This document shows, in pieces, positions 28,341 through 38,063 of a stretch of 64,000 nt of DNA. The position numbers and the translations under genes are program-made. Position 1 is the first letter of the stretch. Every line of letters begins with the position of its first letter. The DNA is taken from positions 2,592,001-2,656,000 of the forward strand of contig OZ271854.1 of assembly GCA_965601925.1 (NCBI GenBank), given 5' to 3'. The notes under the pieces were generated by a model. The model worked only from the letters and a program-made list of their open reading frames with translations. It did not search any database and had not been told where the DNA came from. Source of the stretch: Alkalispirochaeta sp. GTDB lineage: Bacteria > Spirochaetota > Spirochaetia > DSM-27196 > Alkalispirochaetaceae.

Positions 28341-28967
28341 ATGGAACAATTTCCGCTCAGCGAAGCGAAGTGGCTTGAAGGGCTTGCGCCCGCCGACTAT
28401 TTCGGGTCCCTCGCAAACTATCGAAATTTGGTACTGAGTCTCTACCGCGATGTATCCGTCGCCGAGAGCGAAACTCGGCTTTTTGCCTCCGCACTTCCCG
28501 CCTCACCGGACGAGTTTCGTATCGTCGTCGTGACCGAGGACTGGTGCGGCGACAGCGCGGTAACGCTCCCGTATATCGCACGGCTCGCAGACTCGGTCGG
28601 AGTGCCGATGCGCATCTTTCGGCAGAGCGTTCACGAAGATCTGAAGGGCTGGTATACGGATCGCGATACGACGCACATTCCCGCACTATCGGTGTTGCAG
28701 CACATAAGCGGCGAATGGCGGGAGCTGCTGCGGTGGGTCGAGCGTCCCCGCTCGGCGCATGCGCGCTTCGACGCGTGGACCGGAGAACATCCTCGCTTTG
28801 AGGACCTACGGGCGCGGAAGGATGAAGACCGCGCAGCGGCGAAAGAGTACTTCAATCTCTATGCGCGTTTGCTGCGCGAGAGCGCCGGTTGGTATCGGTC
28901 GGGTCTGTGGATCGAGATCGCGCGGGAACTCTCCGAGGGGCTCGTCGAGAGCGTCGCGAAACGGTAG
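28341..28967 (+). CDS. Thioredoxin-family protein with a single active-site Cys
   Basis: TEDWCGDS, IP and WVERP motifs. Confidence 0.8.
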   Translation: MEQFPLSEAKWLEGLAPADYFGSLANYRNLVLSLYRDVSVAESETRLFASALPASPDEFRIVVVTEDWCGDSAVTLPYIARLADSVGVPMRIFRQSVHEDLKGWYTDRDTTHIPALSVLQHISGEWRELLRWVERPRSAHARFDAWTGEHPRFEDLRARKDEDRAAAKEYFNLYARLLRESAGWYRSGLWIEIARELSEGLVESVAKR

Positions 28968-29057
28968 GACGCCGTATCGGTAGCGCAGTACCGGTCCCGT
29001 CGTCCGATAGGCGGGCCGGTTCTGCGGACGCGATCGCCTTTGGCTCTACGCCGCTGG

Positions 29058-29621
29058 TCAGTCGTTGACGCGCTCTACGTAGTCGCCGGTCTCGGTGTTG
29101 ACGCGAATTTTGTCGCCGGCCTTTATGAAAATTGGAACTTGAACCGAGAGTCCGGTATTGACCACCACCGTCTTGGTGGCGCCCGTTACCGTGTCGCCCT
29201 TGACCGCGTCGGGTGCGTCGGTCACTTCGAATACCATCTTCATCGGGATAATGACGTCGATGGGTTCCGACTCCCACATTACGACGCGGTACTGATCGCC
29301 CTCTTTGAGGTAATTGCCTCGTTCCGCCATGACCGAGGCCGAAATCTCGAATTGGTCGTAGGTCTCGACGTCCATGAAGTGGTACGTCTCGCCGTCGGCG
29401 TACAGATACTGTCCGTCGCGATCGTACACGTTGGCCTCTTCCACGTTGTCGCTCGTCTTGATCGTTTCGCGCAGGACCGCGCCGGTCTTAGCGTTCTTGA
29501 GTTTGCAGCGGGTAAAGGCGGCACCCTTTCCGGGGTTGACGAACTCTCGTTCCGCGACGAGATACGGATCCCCTTTGAATATGATGTACATGCCTTTTTC
29601 GATTGCTCCACCTTTTATCAT
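29058..29621 (-). CDS. efp: Translation elongation factor P
   Basis: VNPGKGAAF (modifiable Lys), KGDT, TG..VQVP.FI..GD.I.VNT..G.YVER. Confidence 0.97.
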   Translation of the reverse strand: MIKGGAIEKGMYIIFKGDPYLVAEREFVNPGKGAAFTRCKLKNAKTGAVLRETIKTSDNVEEANVYDRDGQYLYADGETYHFMDVETYDQFEISASVMAERGNYLKEGDQYRVVMWESEPIDVIIPMKMVFEVTDAPDAVKGDTVTGATKTVVVNTGLSVQVPIFIKAGDKIRVNTETGDYVERVND

Positions 29622-29766
29622 GATCATTCCTCTCCTGAGTAAACCTAAAGCGTACGGTAGTATTCGGCGCCGGGCCGCAACACGAACCATCGGCACGGCG
29701 TGAAAATCCCATCATAGCGAAAAACGCGGGGAACGTTCACCCGGTTTTGGGGAACACCTTCGGCCT

Positions 29767-30759
29767 TCATGCACCCTTTCGGCGCGGTTTGAAGGTCATC
29801 ACCTCCTCGATGGTCGCCGAACCGGTCAGGTGCATAACCAGGCGATCGACGCCCAACGCGACGCCCGATGAGCGCGGGAGGCGTTGGGCTCCACGAAGAA
29901 ATGTCGGGTCGGTCGGCGGTGCATCCCGATCGCCTCGACGCTTCTCTGCGCTCTGGTGGTCAAAAAAGGCGGCGATCCGCCTCGGATCCGTCTCCTCTCC
30001 AAAGCAGTTGGCAACCTCGACTCCACCCAGGTACAGCTCCCACCGATCGGCCCACGGTGTATCCGGTATCGTACGAGCTAAGGTCGGGACCGCCGCGGGA
30101 TAATCGGTCAAAAAGACCGCCTCGTCGCGCGGCAGGCACGGTTCGACATAGGTGAGAAAGACGCGTTGAAAGAGATCCTCCCACGTCTCCTCCGCGCGGA
30201 CCGTCATCGGGAGCTCCCGTTGCGCAATTCCCTCCGCCAGAACGGCGCGACGCTGCACGTCCGACCCAAGGGCGGCCGACGCCGCTAAATCGATTCCGCA
30301 CCACGTGCGCCACGCCTCGGCCATGGAGATGACCGTCGACGGCTCCCGAACGCCAACCTCCGTGAGAAGCTCCCGCGTCACATCGAGTGACGCCGCTCCG
30401 TCGGCCTCTACGGTGTAGTATTCGAGCATCGTAAACTCGCTCGTATGGTGCGGACCGCATGACTCGCCGTTGCGGAAACTGTGGGCGATCTCGTAGAGAT
30501 TGCCGACCCCGTCGGCGAGGAGCCGTTTGAGGTAGTACTCCGGAGACGGGAGAAGATACAGATCCTCGACGACCGATTGTCCGGTGTGCCGATCGTCGCG
30601 TGCGCGGAATCGCGTGCGGAAGAGATCGATATGCGCCTCGGGGATCGGTGTGGCGCACAGCGCGGGCGTCTCGACGGCGAGGTATCCCCGGGTATCGAAA
30701 AAGGTCCGTATCGTGCGCACGATGCGCGCCCGTTCGGTCAGTCGTTCGATGCGAGTCAT
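29767..30759 (-). CDS. epmA: EF-P lysine aminoacylase (GenX/PoxA)
   Basis: LysRS-II-like catalytic domain only: VETP, SPEYYLKRLL, FRNGE, EFTMLEYY, GVALGVDRL; adjacent to efp. Confidence 0.92.
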   Translation of the reverse strand: MTRIERLTERARIVRTIRTFFDTRGYLAVETPALCATPIPEAHIDLFRTRFRARDDRHTGQSVVEDLYLLPSPEYYLKRLLADGVGNLYEIAHSFRNGESCGPHHTSEFTMLEYYTVEADGAASLDVTRELLTEVGVREPSTVISMAEAWRTWCGIDLAASAALGSDVQRRAVLAEGIAQRELPMTVRAEETWEDLFQRVFLTYVEPCLPRDEAVFLTDYPAAVPTLARTIPDTPWADRWELYLGGVEVANCFGEETDPRRIAAFFDHQSAEKRRGDRDAPPTDPTFLRGAQRLPRSSGVALGVDRLVMHLTGSATIEEVMTFKPRRKGA

Positions 30760-30818
30760 ACCGCGAGCGTATCCCAAAGAACTGGTACAGAAAACACCGA
30801 ACCGTTATGCTCACCACT

Positions 30819-31022
30819 ATGACCGATGGTCGCGACGGCAATCCACTTCACGATCCGAAAGACGAGCGCTGGAAACACTACCTCAGGGAGTCGTACATGG
30901 ACGATACCTATCACAATCCCGATATCGATGAGCGGCACCTGGAACGTATGGAGGCCGAGTTTTTCGATGCAACCGAGGGTGAACGCTCTCCTTTCGGACG
31001 GCTGGACGAGTTGGAGGAGTAA
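30819..31022 (+). CDS. Small acidic hypothetical protein (67 aa)
   Basis: Typical codon usage, TATGCT-N7-ATG start, stop abuts the patB ATG. Confidence 0.6.
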   Translation: MTDGRDGNPLHDPKDERWKHYLRESYMDDTYHNPDIDERHLERMEAEFFDATEGERSPFGRLDELEE

Positions 31023-32285
31023 ATGTATCGGAGCGACGCGGTGGACGGACGATCGGCGGCGGCGGGTGAGCTTGTAACGCCCGATCGGCGGGGAACCGGC
31101 TCGCACAAATGGGATCTGGCGCACGAGGATGAAATACCGATGTGGGTCGCCGACATGGACTACGCCGTATCTCCCTGCATCACCGAGGCGTTGCAGCGAC
31201 GTTTGCAGCATCCGATATTCGGTTACGCCGGGGTCCCGGCGAGCTATCTTGAGTCGATCGCCGCGTGGGAGGTTCAACGCAACGGGTGGGAGATTCCCAC
31301 CGATCGCATGGTCGTCGTTCCCGGTGTCATGCCGGCGATCGCACTCGCAATTCAGGCGCTCACGCAACCGGGGGATCGGATCGTCACCTTTTCGCCGGTA
31401 TATTTCCCGTTTTTTTCCGTGATCGAGAACCTCGGTCGACGGCTGGTTCGTGTTCCCCTCTCGGAAGAGGAGCCCTCCGCCGGAGAGCGGCGATACCACA
31501 TGAATCTCGACGAGGCGGAGCCAGCGCTGCGGGATGCTGCGCTCTTTCTGTTGTGCTCTCCCCACAATCCGGGTGGACGCATCTGGACGGCGGATGAACT
31601 CAACGCGCTCCGCGATCTGGCGAGGGACGCCGAAGTACCCGTGCTCTCCGATGAGATTCATTCGGATCTTACCTTTCCGGGGGCGCGATTCGAGCCGTGG
31701 TTTCGGACCGGCGGAGCCACTCCTCACGACATCGCTCTCATCGCTCCGAGTAAGACGTTCAATATCCCGGGACTGCCCACCGCAACCGCGATTATCCCGG
31801 ACCGTGCGGCCCGTCGCCGCTACTTCCGCGCCCTCGAGGCGCGAAAGCTCAACCTTCCCAACGCGCTTGCCATGACCGCCGCCGAGGCGGCGTATCGCGG
31901 TGCGGCCGAGTGGCTGGAGTCGGTGCGGCGGGCGATACATGACAACTATTGCTTCACTCGCGACGTACTCGCCGGCGAGGCGGGCGTGACGGTGCATGCG
32001 GCCGAGGGGACCTTCATTCCGTGGATCGATCTACGGGAACGATGGGGACTCGATCGGCGTGTCGCGTCACCACCACCCGCGAACGGGTCGGGCGGCGGCG
32101 AGAGTCTCTCCGGGCGGTTCGGACGCTTCGCGCGGGACTGCGGCGTGTGGCTCTCCGACGGGCGGCAGTTCGGCCCGGAGGGTGAGGGTTTTATGCGTAT
32201 CAACGTCGCAACCTCGCGCGATCGGCTCGCCGAGGGCCTGCGACGCTTCCGACGCGCCCTGGAGACGTTCGACTCATCGCGATGA
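31023..32285 (+). CDS. patB: MalY/PatB-family PLP C-S lyase (cystathionine beta-lyase)
   Basis: PMWVADMD, LCSPHNPGGR, SDEIHSD, APSKTFNIPG, FMRINVA. Confidence 0.93.
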   Translation: MYRSDAVDGRSAAAGELVTPDRRGTGSHKWDLAHEDEIPMWVADMDYAVSPCITEALQRRLQHPIFGYAGVPASYLESIAAWEVQRNGWEIPTDRMVVVPGVMPAIALAIQALTQPGDRIVTFSPVYFPFFSVIENLGRRLVRVPLSEEEPSAGERRYHMNLDEAEPALRDAALFLLCSPHNPGGRIWTADELNALRDLARDAEVPVLSDEIHSDLTFPGARFEPWFRTGGATPHDIALIAPSKTFNIPGLPTATAIIPDRAARRRYFRALEARKLNLPNALAMTAAEAAYRGAAEWLESVRRAIHDNYCFTRDVLAGEAGVTVHAAEGTFIPWIDLRERWGLDRRVASPPPANGSGGGESLSGRFGRFARDCGVWLSDGRQFGPEGEGFMRINVATSRDRLAEGLRRFRRALETFDSSR

Positions 32286-33052
32286 GCGACTATCCTCCGC
32301 CCGGTACCGAGACGGGAACACCCGTTTCCGTCGATATCGCCGTCGTCTCCGCGTTGCCTCGCGAGATCGAGAGCGTTGCGGAGACGCTCGGGTTTCCGGA
32401 GGCACTTTCCGCCGGACCATTTCCGCGCGTCTCTCCGCGAGGCGACGCGCCGGGAGGGCGATCGGTGGTCTGTCTCGCCACCGGTGCAGGTAAGACCTCC
32501 GCCGCCCGCGGCATCGCACTCTTTCTCCGGCGGTATCGTCCCGCCCGTATACTCGCGGTGGGAATCGCCGGTAGCGCAGCAAAACACGTCGATGTCGGAG
32601 ACGTTGTCGTAGGGCGTCGTGCGTGGTATTACGACGTAGACGCGACCGCGATAGGCATCGCCTACGGAACGGCGGTTCCCGGTGGCGCGGAACATTACGA
32701 TTTACACCACTCGGAGCGCGACCTCGCCTGCCTTCGCGACGTCGTCTCCGAAGTAGGCGACCTAGGGGCGACGGTACGCCTCGGGGAGGTGGCGACCGGC
32801 GATACGTTCGTCGACGCGGCCGCTCTCCGAGCGCTTCCTTGCCTCTGGCGGGAGCGGATCGAGATGTCCGCTGCGGTCGATATGGAGAGCGCAGCTTGGG
32901 CCGAGACCGCATCGTCGTACGGTATTTCCACGACGATCATCCGCATGATCTCCGATCACGTGCATACGGGGACGCGACTCTCTTTTCGGCGCGCCTGCAC
33001 CTGCATCGGGATCGCCGCGTCGCGATTTCTCACGCAGTGCTCCGGAGCATAG
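32282..33052 (+). CDS. mtnN: 5'-methylthioadenosine/SAH nucleosidase family protein
   Basis: SALPRE, TGAGK..AA, GIAG, ATGDTFV, VDMESAA, R.ISD. Confidence 0.75.
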   Translation: MSDYPPPGTETGTPVSVDIAVVSALPREIESVAETLGFPEALSAGPFPRVSPRGDAPGGRSVVCLATGAGKTSAARGIALFLRRYRPARILAVGIAGSAAKHVDVGDVVVGRRAWYYDVDATAIGIAYGTAVPGGAEHYDLHHSERDLACLRDVVSEVGDLGATVRLGEVATGDTFVDAAALRALPCLWRERIEMSAAVDMESAAWAETASSYGISTTIIRMISDHVHTGTRLSFRRACTCIGIAASRFLTQCSGA

Positions 33053-33124
33053 ATCGGCGGTGTCGCGCACGAAGATTACCTCGCCGACTTGCCGTTTTTC
33101 CCAAGAAGGTGTCATTGTTAGACC

Positions 33125-33517
33125 ATGACACGACGACTCATCGCATCGTTGACGCTCGCCGGCGCCGCGTTTTCCGGTGTCTTTGCCGACGACGTCTTCG
33201 CACGCTACGGCGACCCGCGAGACCCCGAAGTACTGGATACGATTATTCGTGAGATTCGCGACGATTTCCTGCTTATCGACGTACGGACGGTCGAAGAGTA
33301 TGAAGAGGGGCGCATCCCCACGGCGCACAATATCGATCATCGTGAGATCGCCGGTGCAATGGTCGAGGGAGACCGAAGCAAGCCGGTCATCCTCTATTGC
33401 AGAACGGGACGGCGCAGCCGTATCGCGGCGCGAGACCTACAGAGACTGGGTTACCAGACGATTATCGACTTCGGCGGCATCAACCGATGGCGTGGAGAGA
33501 TAGAAACGGATAACTAA
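33125..33517 (+). CDS. Rhodanese-like exported protein
   Basis: IDVRT.EEY..GRIP.A, LYCRTGRRS, GGI..W. Confidence 0.92.
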   Translation: MTRRLIASLTLAGAAFSGVFADDVFARYGDPRDPEVLDTIIREIRDDFLLIDVRTVEEYEEGRIPTAHNIDHREIAGAMVEGDRSKPVILYCRTGRRSRIAARDLQRLGYQTIIDFGGINRWRGEIETDN

Positions 33518-36471
33518 TGGACGTTCACGCAGCTTATTCGCGCCTCGAATCTCGGGATCTTCCCGACTACAACGGCACCGGTACGCTCTATCGTCATAAG
33601 ACGAGCAGGGCGGAGATATTTCATCTCGCAAACGACGACCCCGAGAATATGTTCTCATTCGCCTTCGGCACCTATCCTGAGAATTCCACCGGTGTCGCCC
33701 ACATTCTCGAGCACACGGTCCTCAGCGGATCGGAGCGTTTTCCGGTCAAAGATCCCTTCTTGCAGCTCCTCAAGGGGTCGGTCAACACGTTCCTCAATGC
33801 GATGACCTATCCGGATAAGACGGTCTATCCCGCCGCGAGCCCCGTTGCCAGGGACCTCTTTAACATGATGAAGGTCTACGGCGACGCAGTCTTTTTCCCG
33901 TTACTCAAAGCGGAGCTCTTTCGACAGGAGGGACATCGTCTCCAGTTCGACGGCGACGGAGCTCTGGAACGTACCGGTATCGTCTATAACGAGATGAAGG
34001 GTAACTACTCCAGCCACGATTCGGTCGTGGGCGAGCGATGCTTTCAGTCGCTCTTTCCCGACACGATCTACCGCCACGATTCGGGCGGCGACCCCGCGGT
34101 TATCCCGGAGCTTACCTACGAGCAGTTCGTGGCGTTTCACCGGCGCTATTACCATCCGTCCAACGTGCGGATCGTGCTGTACGGCGACATCCCGGCCGCC
34201 GAGTATCTGGAGTTTCTGCACACCGAGTTTCTCTCACGTTTCGAGGCTCAACCGCCGATCGCACCGCCGGCGCTCCAGCAGCGATGGACCGAGCCGCGAC
34301 TCGTCGAGGCGACATACCCCCTCGACGGAGTTGAGGATCTCGGTCGCCGCAGTTCGGTAACCATGAACTGGCTGCTCTTTCCCGTCACCGACGCGAGGCG
34401 CGTGCTCGCGACCGCGGTGCTGTCCGATATCCTCCTCGGTCACAGCGGTTCGCCGCTGACCAAAGCGCTCGTCGATTCGGGGATCGGGCAGGATCTGTCT
34501 CCGGTCGTCGGGTTGGAGATCGAACTCCAAGAGGCGGTCTTTTCGGTCGGGCTGCGCGGTACCGACGGCGAACGCAAAGACGAAATCGAGGCCCTCGTGA
34601 TCGATACGCTGCGCCGACTGGCCGATGAAGGCATTCCCGCCGACGCGATCGAGGCGGCGCTGCGACGCGTCGAGTTCAGCAATCGCGAGATGAAAGGTGG
34701 ACCCAACGGCCTCAGAGTCATGAATCGCGCGCTGCGCGGATGGATGTACGGCGGCGACCCGATGGACGCCCTCAGTTTCGGACGCTCCATCGCCGAGCTT
34801 CGCGAGCGCCTTACCGCCGAGAAGCGCCTCTTTGAGAAGATGATCGCGGAGCTCCTCTTGGATAATCCGCACCGCTCCACCGTGGTCGTGCGGCCCGACG
34901 CTGATCAGTCGCGGCGGGAACAGGAGGCGCTGACACGGGAGTTGAACGAGCTCCGGGAGGCGCTGTCCGCCGGGGAGCGTAGCCGGATCGAGGACGAAAG
35001 CCGAGTGCTCGTGACGTTGCAGGAGACGCCCGACGATCCGGCCTCACTCGCCAAGATACCCTTTCTCCGACTCGCCGACATTCCGCAGGAGGTCCGCACC
35101 GTACCGTACGACGCCGTTGCGCTTCCTGGCGGTACCGGGAGCCTCTATCTCCACAAGGAGTTCACCAACGGCATCCTTTATGTGGACGTCGCCTTCGACT
35201 TCGGCGCGCTGTCGCCGCGCGAAGAGTCGCTTCTCAACCTCCTGGGAGCGGCGTATACCGAGGTGGGGCTGCCCGGTTTGGCTCATGATCGGCTCAACGA
35301 GCTGATCAGTTTGAGCACCGGCGGGATCTCCGCCTTCGTAAGCAATCAAACGCGATACGGCGACCTCACGCGCATACGACGGCTCTTTGTCCTACGCCTC
35401 AGGGTCCTCGATCGTACATGGCGCGAAGGGGCCGAGCTCTTTGCTCGTATCATACGTGAGCTCGACTTCTCCGACGAGCGACGACTCTCTCAGGTGCTTG
35501 ACGAGCTCATCGAAGAGATGCACAGCGCTCTCATTCCCGGTGGGCACTACTTTGCGGGGCTACGAGCCGCGGCCGGTATCAACGCGCTGGCCGGTCTCGA
35601 GGAGGAGATGAACGGTATCACGCAGCTCGCGCACCTACAGGCTTTTGCGGACGAGATGAGGAGCCGGCCCGGCCGCATCGGCGGCGAGTTGAACGCGCTC
35701 CTTTCCCGCCTCGTCAATCCGGTCGCTATGAACGTCAACATTACCGGCGAGAGCGGGGTGGTGGACGAGGTTCGAGGCTGGACGGACGATTTTGCGGCGA
35801 CGGCGGGCCTACGTTTCTCCGGTGAGGCGGCCGGTGTTCCGGGCGGCACGGTCTTCGAGGCGCCGGCGGGATACGGCGAGCGGGAGTACCTGCTCTCTTC
35901 GGCGAGCGTCTCCTACGTAACCGTCGCCTTTCCCGGCATTCTACACGGCGATCCGCTCGCCCCCGCGCAAGACCTTCTTGCGCACCTATTGCGCACCGGA
36001 CCCTTGTGGGAACGTATTCGGATGCGCGGCGGCGCCTACGGGGCCTTCGCTTCGAGCAGAACCACCGAAGGAATCTTCTCGTTCGCCAGTTACCGCGACC
36101 CTCACACGGTACGAACGCTGGAAACCTACCGTGAGGCCCTGGATGAGGTGGCCAACCGCGGGATCGACGGAGACGCGATCGAACTGGCCAAAGTGAGTAT
36201 GCTGGGGCGGGAGCTCCGCCCTTTGACGCCGCGCGACGCCGGATTCGTTAACTTTAAGCGCCGGCTGCATGATATCGACGATACCCTGCGTCAACACCTG
36301 CGCGATCGGCTGCGGGAGGTCGGCGGCGAGGACATTCGTGCCGCCGCGTCTCGGCTGCTCGGGCAGTTCGAGCGGCGTCGAGTCGTCATCCTGGGCGGTT
36401 CCGCGGGAAGCGACGAGTGGCGCGCGACCCCGGACGGAGCGCACGCACCGGTGCACGAGTTGGGAGTGTAG
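33517..36471 (+). CDS. Insulinase family M16C (presequence-protease-like) metallopeptidase
   Basis: HILEH zinc motif, FLNAMTYPDKT.YP, VYNEMKG, IRMRGGAYG, SYRDP. Confidence 0.95.
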   Translation: MDVHAAYSRLESRDLPDYNGTGTLYRHKTSRAEIFHLANDDPENMFSFAFGTYPENSTGVAHILEHTVLSGSERFPVKDPFLQLLKGSVNTFLNAMTYPDKTVYPAASPVARDLFNMMKVYGDAVFFPLLKAELFRQEGHRLQFDGDGALERTGIVYNEMKGNYSSHDSVVGERCFQSLFPDTIYRHDSGGDPAVIPELTYEQFVAFHRRYYHPSNVRIVLYGDIPAAEYLEFLHTEFLSRFEAQPPIAPPALQQRWTEPRLVEATYPLDGVEDLGRRSSVTMNWLLFPVTDARRVLATAVLSDILLGHSGSPLTKALVDSGIGQDLSPVVGLEIELQEAVFSVGLRGTDGERKDEIEALVIDTLRRLADEGIPADAIEAALRRVEFSNREMKGGPNGLRVMNRALRGWMYGGDPMDALSFGRSIAELRERLTAEKRLFEKMIAELLLDNPHRSTVVVRPDADQSRREQEALTRELNELREALSAGERSRIEDESRVLVTLQETPDDPASLAKIPFLRLADIPQEVRTVPYDAVALPGGTGSLYLHKEFTNGILYVDVAFDFGALSPREESLLNLLGAAYTEVGLPGLAHDRLNELISLSTGGISAFVSNQTRYGDLTRIRRLFVLRLRVLDRTWREGAELFARIIRELDFSDERRLSQVLDELIEEMHSALIPGGHYFAGLRAAAGINALAGLEEEMNGITQLAHLQAFADEMRSRPGRIGGELNALLSRLVNPVAMNVNITGESGVVDEVRGWTDDFAATAGLRFSGEAAGVPGGTVFEAPAGYGEREYLLSSASVSYVTVAFPGILHGDPLAPAQDLLAHLLRTGPLWERIRMRGGAYGAFASSRTTEGIFSFASYRDPHTVRTLETYREALDEVANRGIDGDAIELAKVSMLGRELRPLTPRDAGFVNFKRRLHDIDDTLRQHLRDRLREVGGEDIRAAASRLLGQFERRRVVILGGSAGSDEWRATPDGAHAPVHELGV

Positions 36472-36503
36472 CCGTCCCTGGAGACCGCACGAAAGGAGGT
36501 GAG

Positions 36504-37277
36504 ATGAGCTCAACGGTACGGTACCGATTGGAATCGTTTCTTTCCCGCAGGATCACCCTCACGGTGTCGAATGCGTTGGTTGTGATCTCCGTCGCGTTTC
36601 TGTTCTTCCTGCGCCTCGTTCCGGTCACGGAGGGATTTCGCACGGTCATCGAGGGCATCGACTTCGTGGTGTTGATCTTTCTCGCCGTGGAGTTCTGCCT
36701 CCGATTCGCCGCCTTCGGAAGGAGTTACTTTTTACGCGACTTCGGGTGGATCGATTTGCTTGCGATTATTCCGATTTTGACGCCTCTCGTCGCCCTGATG
36801 GGCGAGTTGCGCGCGTTGAGAATCGCGCGTCTCATCAGGCTGGTCCGCGTCATACGGGTAGTACGCGTCCTTAGGTCTCTTGACGAGGGCGACACACCCC
36901 ATTTGCAGATGAAGGTGCGCTTTTTCCTCGCCGTCTCATCGGCGGCAATGCTCTTTCTCCTCGCCACTGCGATGGTTATCGTCGCGTTGGTCGATCGATC
37001 GGTCGGCAGCACGCCGGGTGCCGACATCACACGTCTGTTGGATCAGATCGAGTTGGTGATCATGAGCGCAGCCGTACTCGCGGCACTCGGAATCACCGTC
37101 ACGGCGAACCACTTTCTCAAGACGCTCGTGACGGATCGAATCGTAGCGGTGAATCGCTATCTGGACTCCATCATGACCGGCGGCAATAAGTTACCCCTGC
37201 GTTCCGACGATCTCGGCGACGAGATCACCGAGCTCCAAGAGAAGGTAGGGCGCGTCTCGAGCGTTTTCGTACTGTAG
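36504..37277 (+). CDS. Voltage-sensor-like (Ion_trans S1-S4) membrane protein with no evident pore and a C-terminal HAMP-like segment
   Basis: S2 F...E...R, S3 WIDLLAIIP, S4 with 8 Arg at every third residue; RBS AAGGAGG. Confidence 0.8.
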   Translation: MSSTVRYRLESFLSRRITLTVSNALVVISVAFLFFLRLVPVTEGFRTVIEGIDFVVLIFLAVEFCLRFAAFGRSYFLRDFGWIDLLAIIPILTPLVALMGELRALRIARLIRLVRVIRVVRVLRSLDEGDTPHLQMKVRFFLAVSSAAMLFLLATAMVIVALVDRSVGSTPGADITRLLDQIELVIMSAAVLAALGITVTANHFLKTLVTDRIVAVNRYLDSIMTGGNKLPLRSDDLGDEITELQEKVGRVSSVFVL

Positions 37278-37400
37278 CGGTACCGCCGGCCGAACCTTTC
37301 CGTAACACACCGTCCTCGGCATCGTCTCGCGCGGCAGCGGCGCGCCATTGGCGTTTGCCCGCTATCTGGTATACTCTCAGAGGCGGATCGGAGTTCGACA

Positions 37401-38063
37401 ATGAGCGGTACAGCGGTTGGTATTGCGGCGGCGCTCGCCTTCGCAGCGATGTATTTTCTTCTCAATGTGGGGTTTCTCCCAGCCCTCGTGCTTTCGGGCG
37501 GTTTGTATGTCGGGTTGGCGGTCTTCTCGGTCGTGCGGGACCGCGTGGCGCGCCAAGCGACCGGCCCGGATCGTAAGACCGCAGGTGCCGCAGGCAAGCG
37601 CACGCCGTTGAATGTGGACCTGAGCGGGCTTTCCATCACGCAAGAGGAGTTCGAGGACGCCCTTCGCGAGGGCTCCAGAAAATTGACGACGCTCAAGAGG
37701 GCGGCGGAGCGAATCGCCGATCGGAGCGTCCGCGGCAAGGCGTATGCGGTGTGCGACGCAGTGGCGCGCATTCTTCGGGATATCCGGGAGGATCCCAAGG
37801 ATCTCAAACCGGCGCGTAAGTTCCTGGGGTACTACTTGGATGCGACGGTCAAAGTGGTCGACCGTTACGCCGCATTGGCTACGAAATCGGTCGCCTCGGA
37901 CGAGCTTTCCGAGTCGTTGGAACGTGCAGAGGCGAGCCTGGATACGATCAAAGCCGCCTACGACAAGCAGCTCGCTCAGTTGTTGGAGAACGATGTGATG
38001 GATCTCGATACGGAACTACGCGTGCTTGAACAGACGATTCGTATGGAAGGACTCGGCGACTGA
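37401..38063 (+). CDS. xpaC: 5-bromo-4-chloroindolyl phosphate hydrolysis (XpaC) family protein
   Basis: N-terminal TM hairpin, DP.D...ARKFL.YYLD, DVMDLDTEL.VL; telA context. Confidence 0.85.
   Translation: MSGTAVGIAAALAFAAMYFLLNVGFLPALVLSGGLYVGLAVFSVVRDRVARQATGPDRKTAGAAGKRTPLNVDLSGLSITQEEFEDALREGSRKLTTLKRAAERIADRSVRGKAYAVCDAVARILRDIREDPKDLKPARKFLGYYLDATVKVVDRYAALATKSVASDELSESLERAEASLDTIKAAYDKQLAQLLENDVMDLDTELRVLEQTIRMEGLGD

Noticed and set aside
36504..37277. Ordinary voltage-gated K+ or Na+ channel
   Set aside because: No selectivity filter, and the loop between the last two TMs is too short for a pore module
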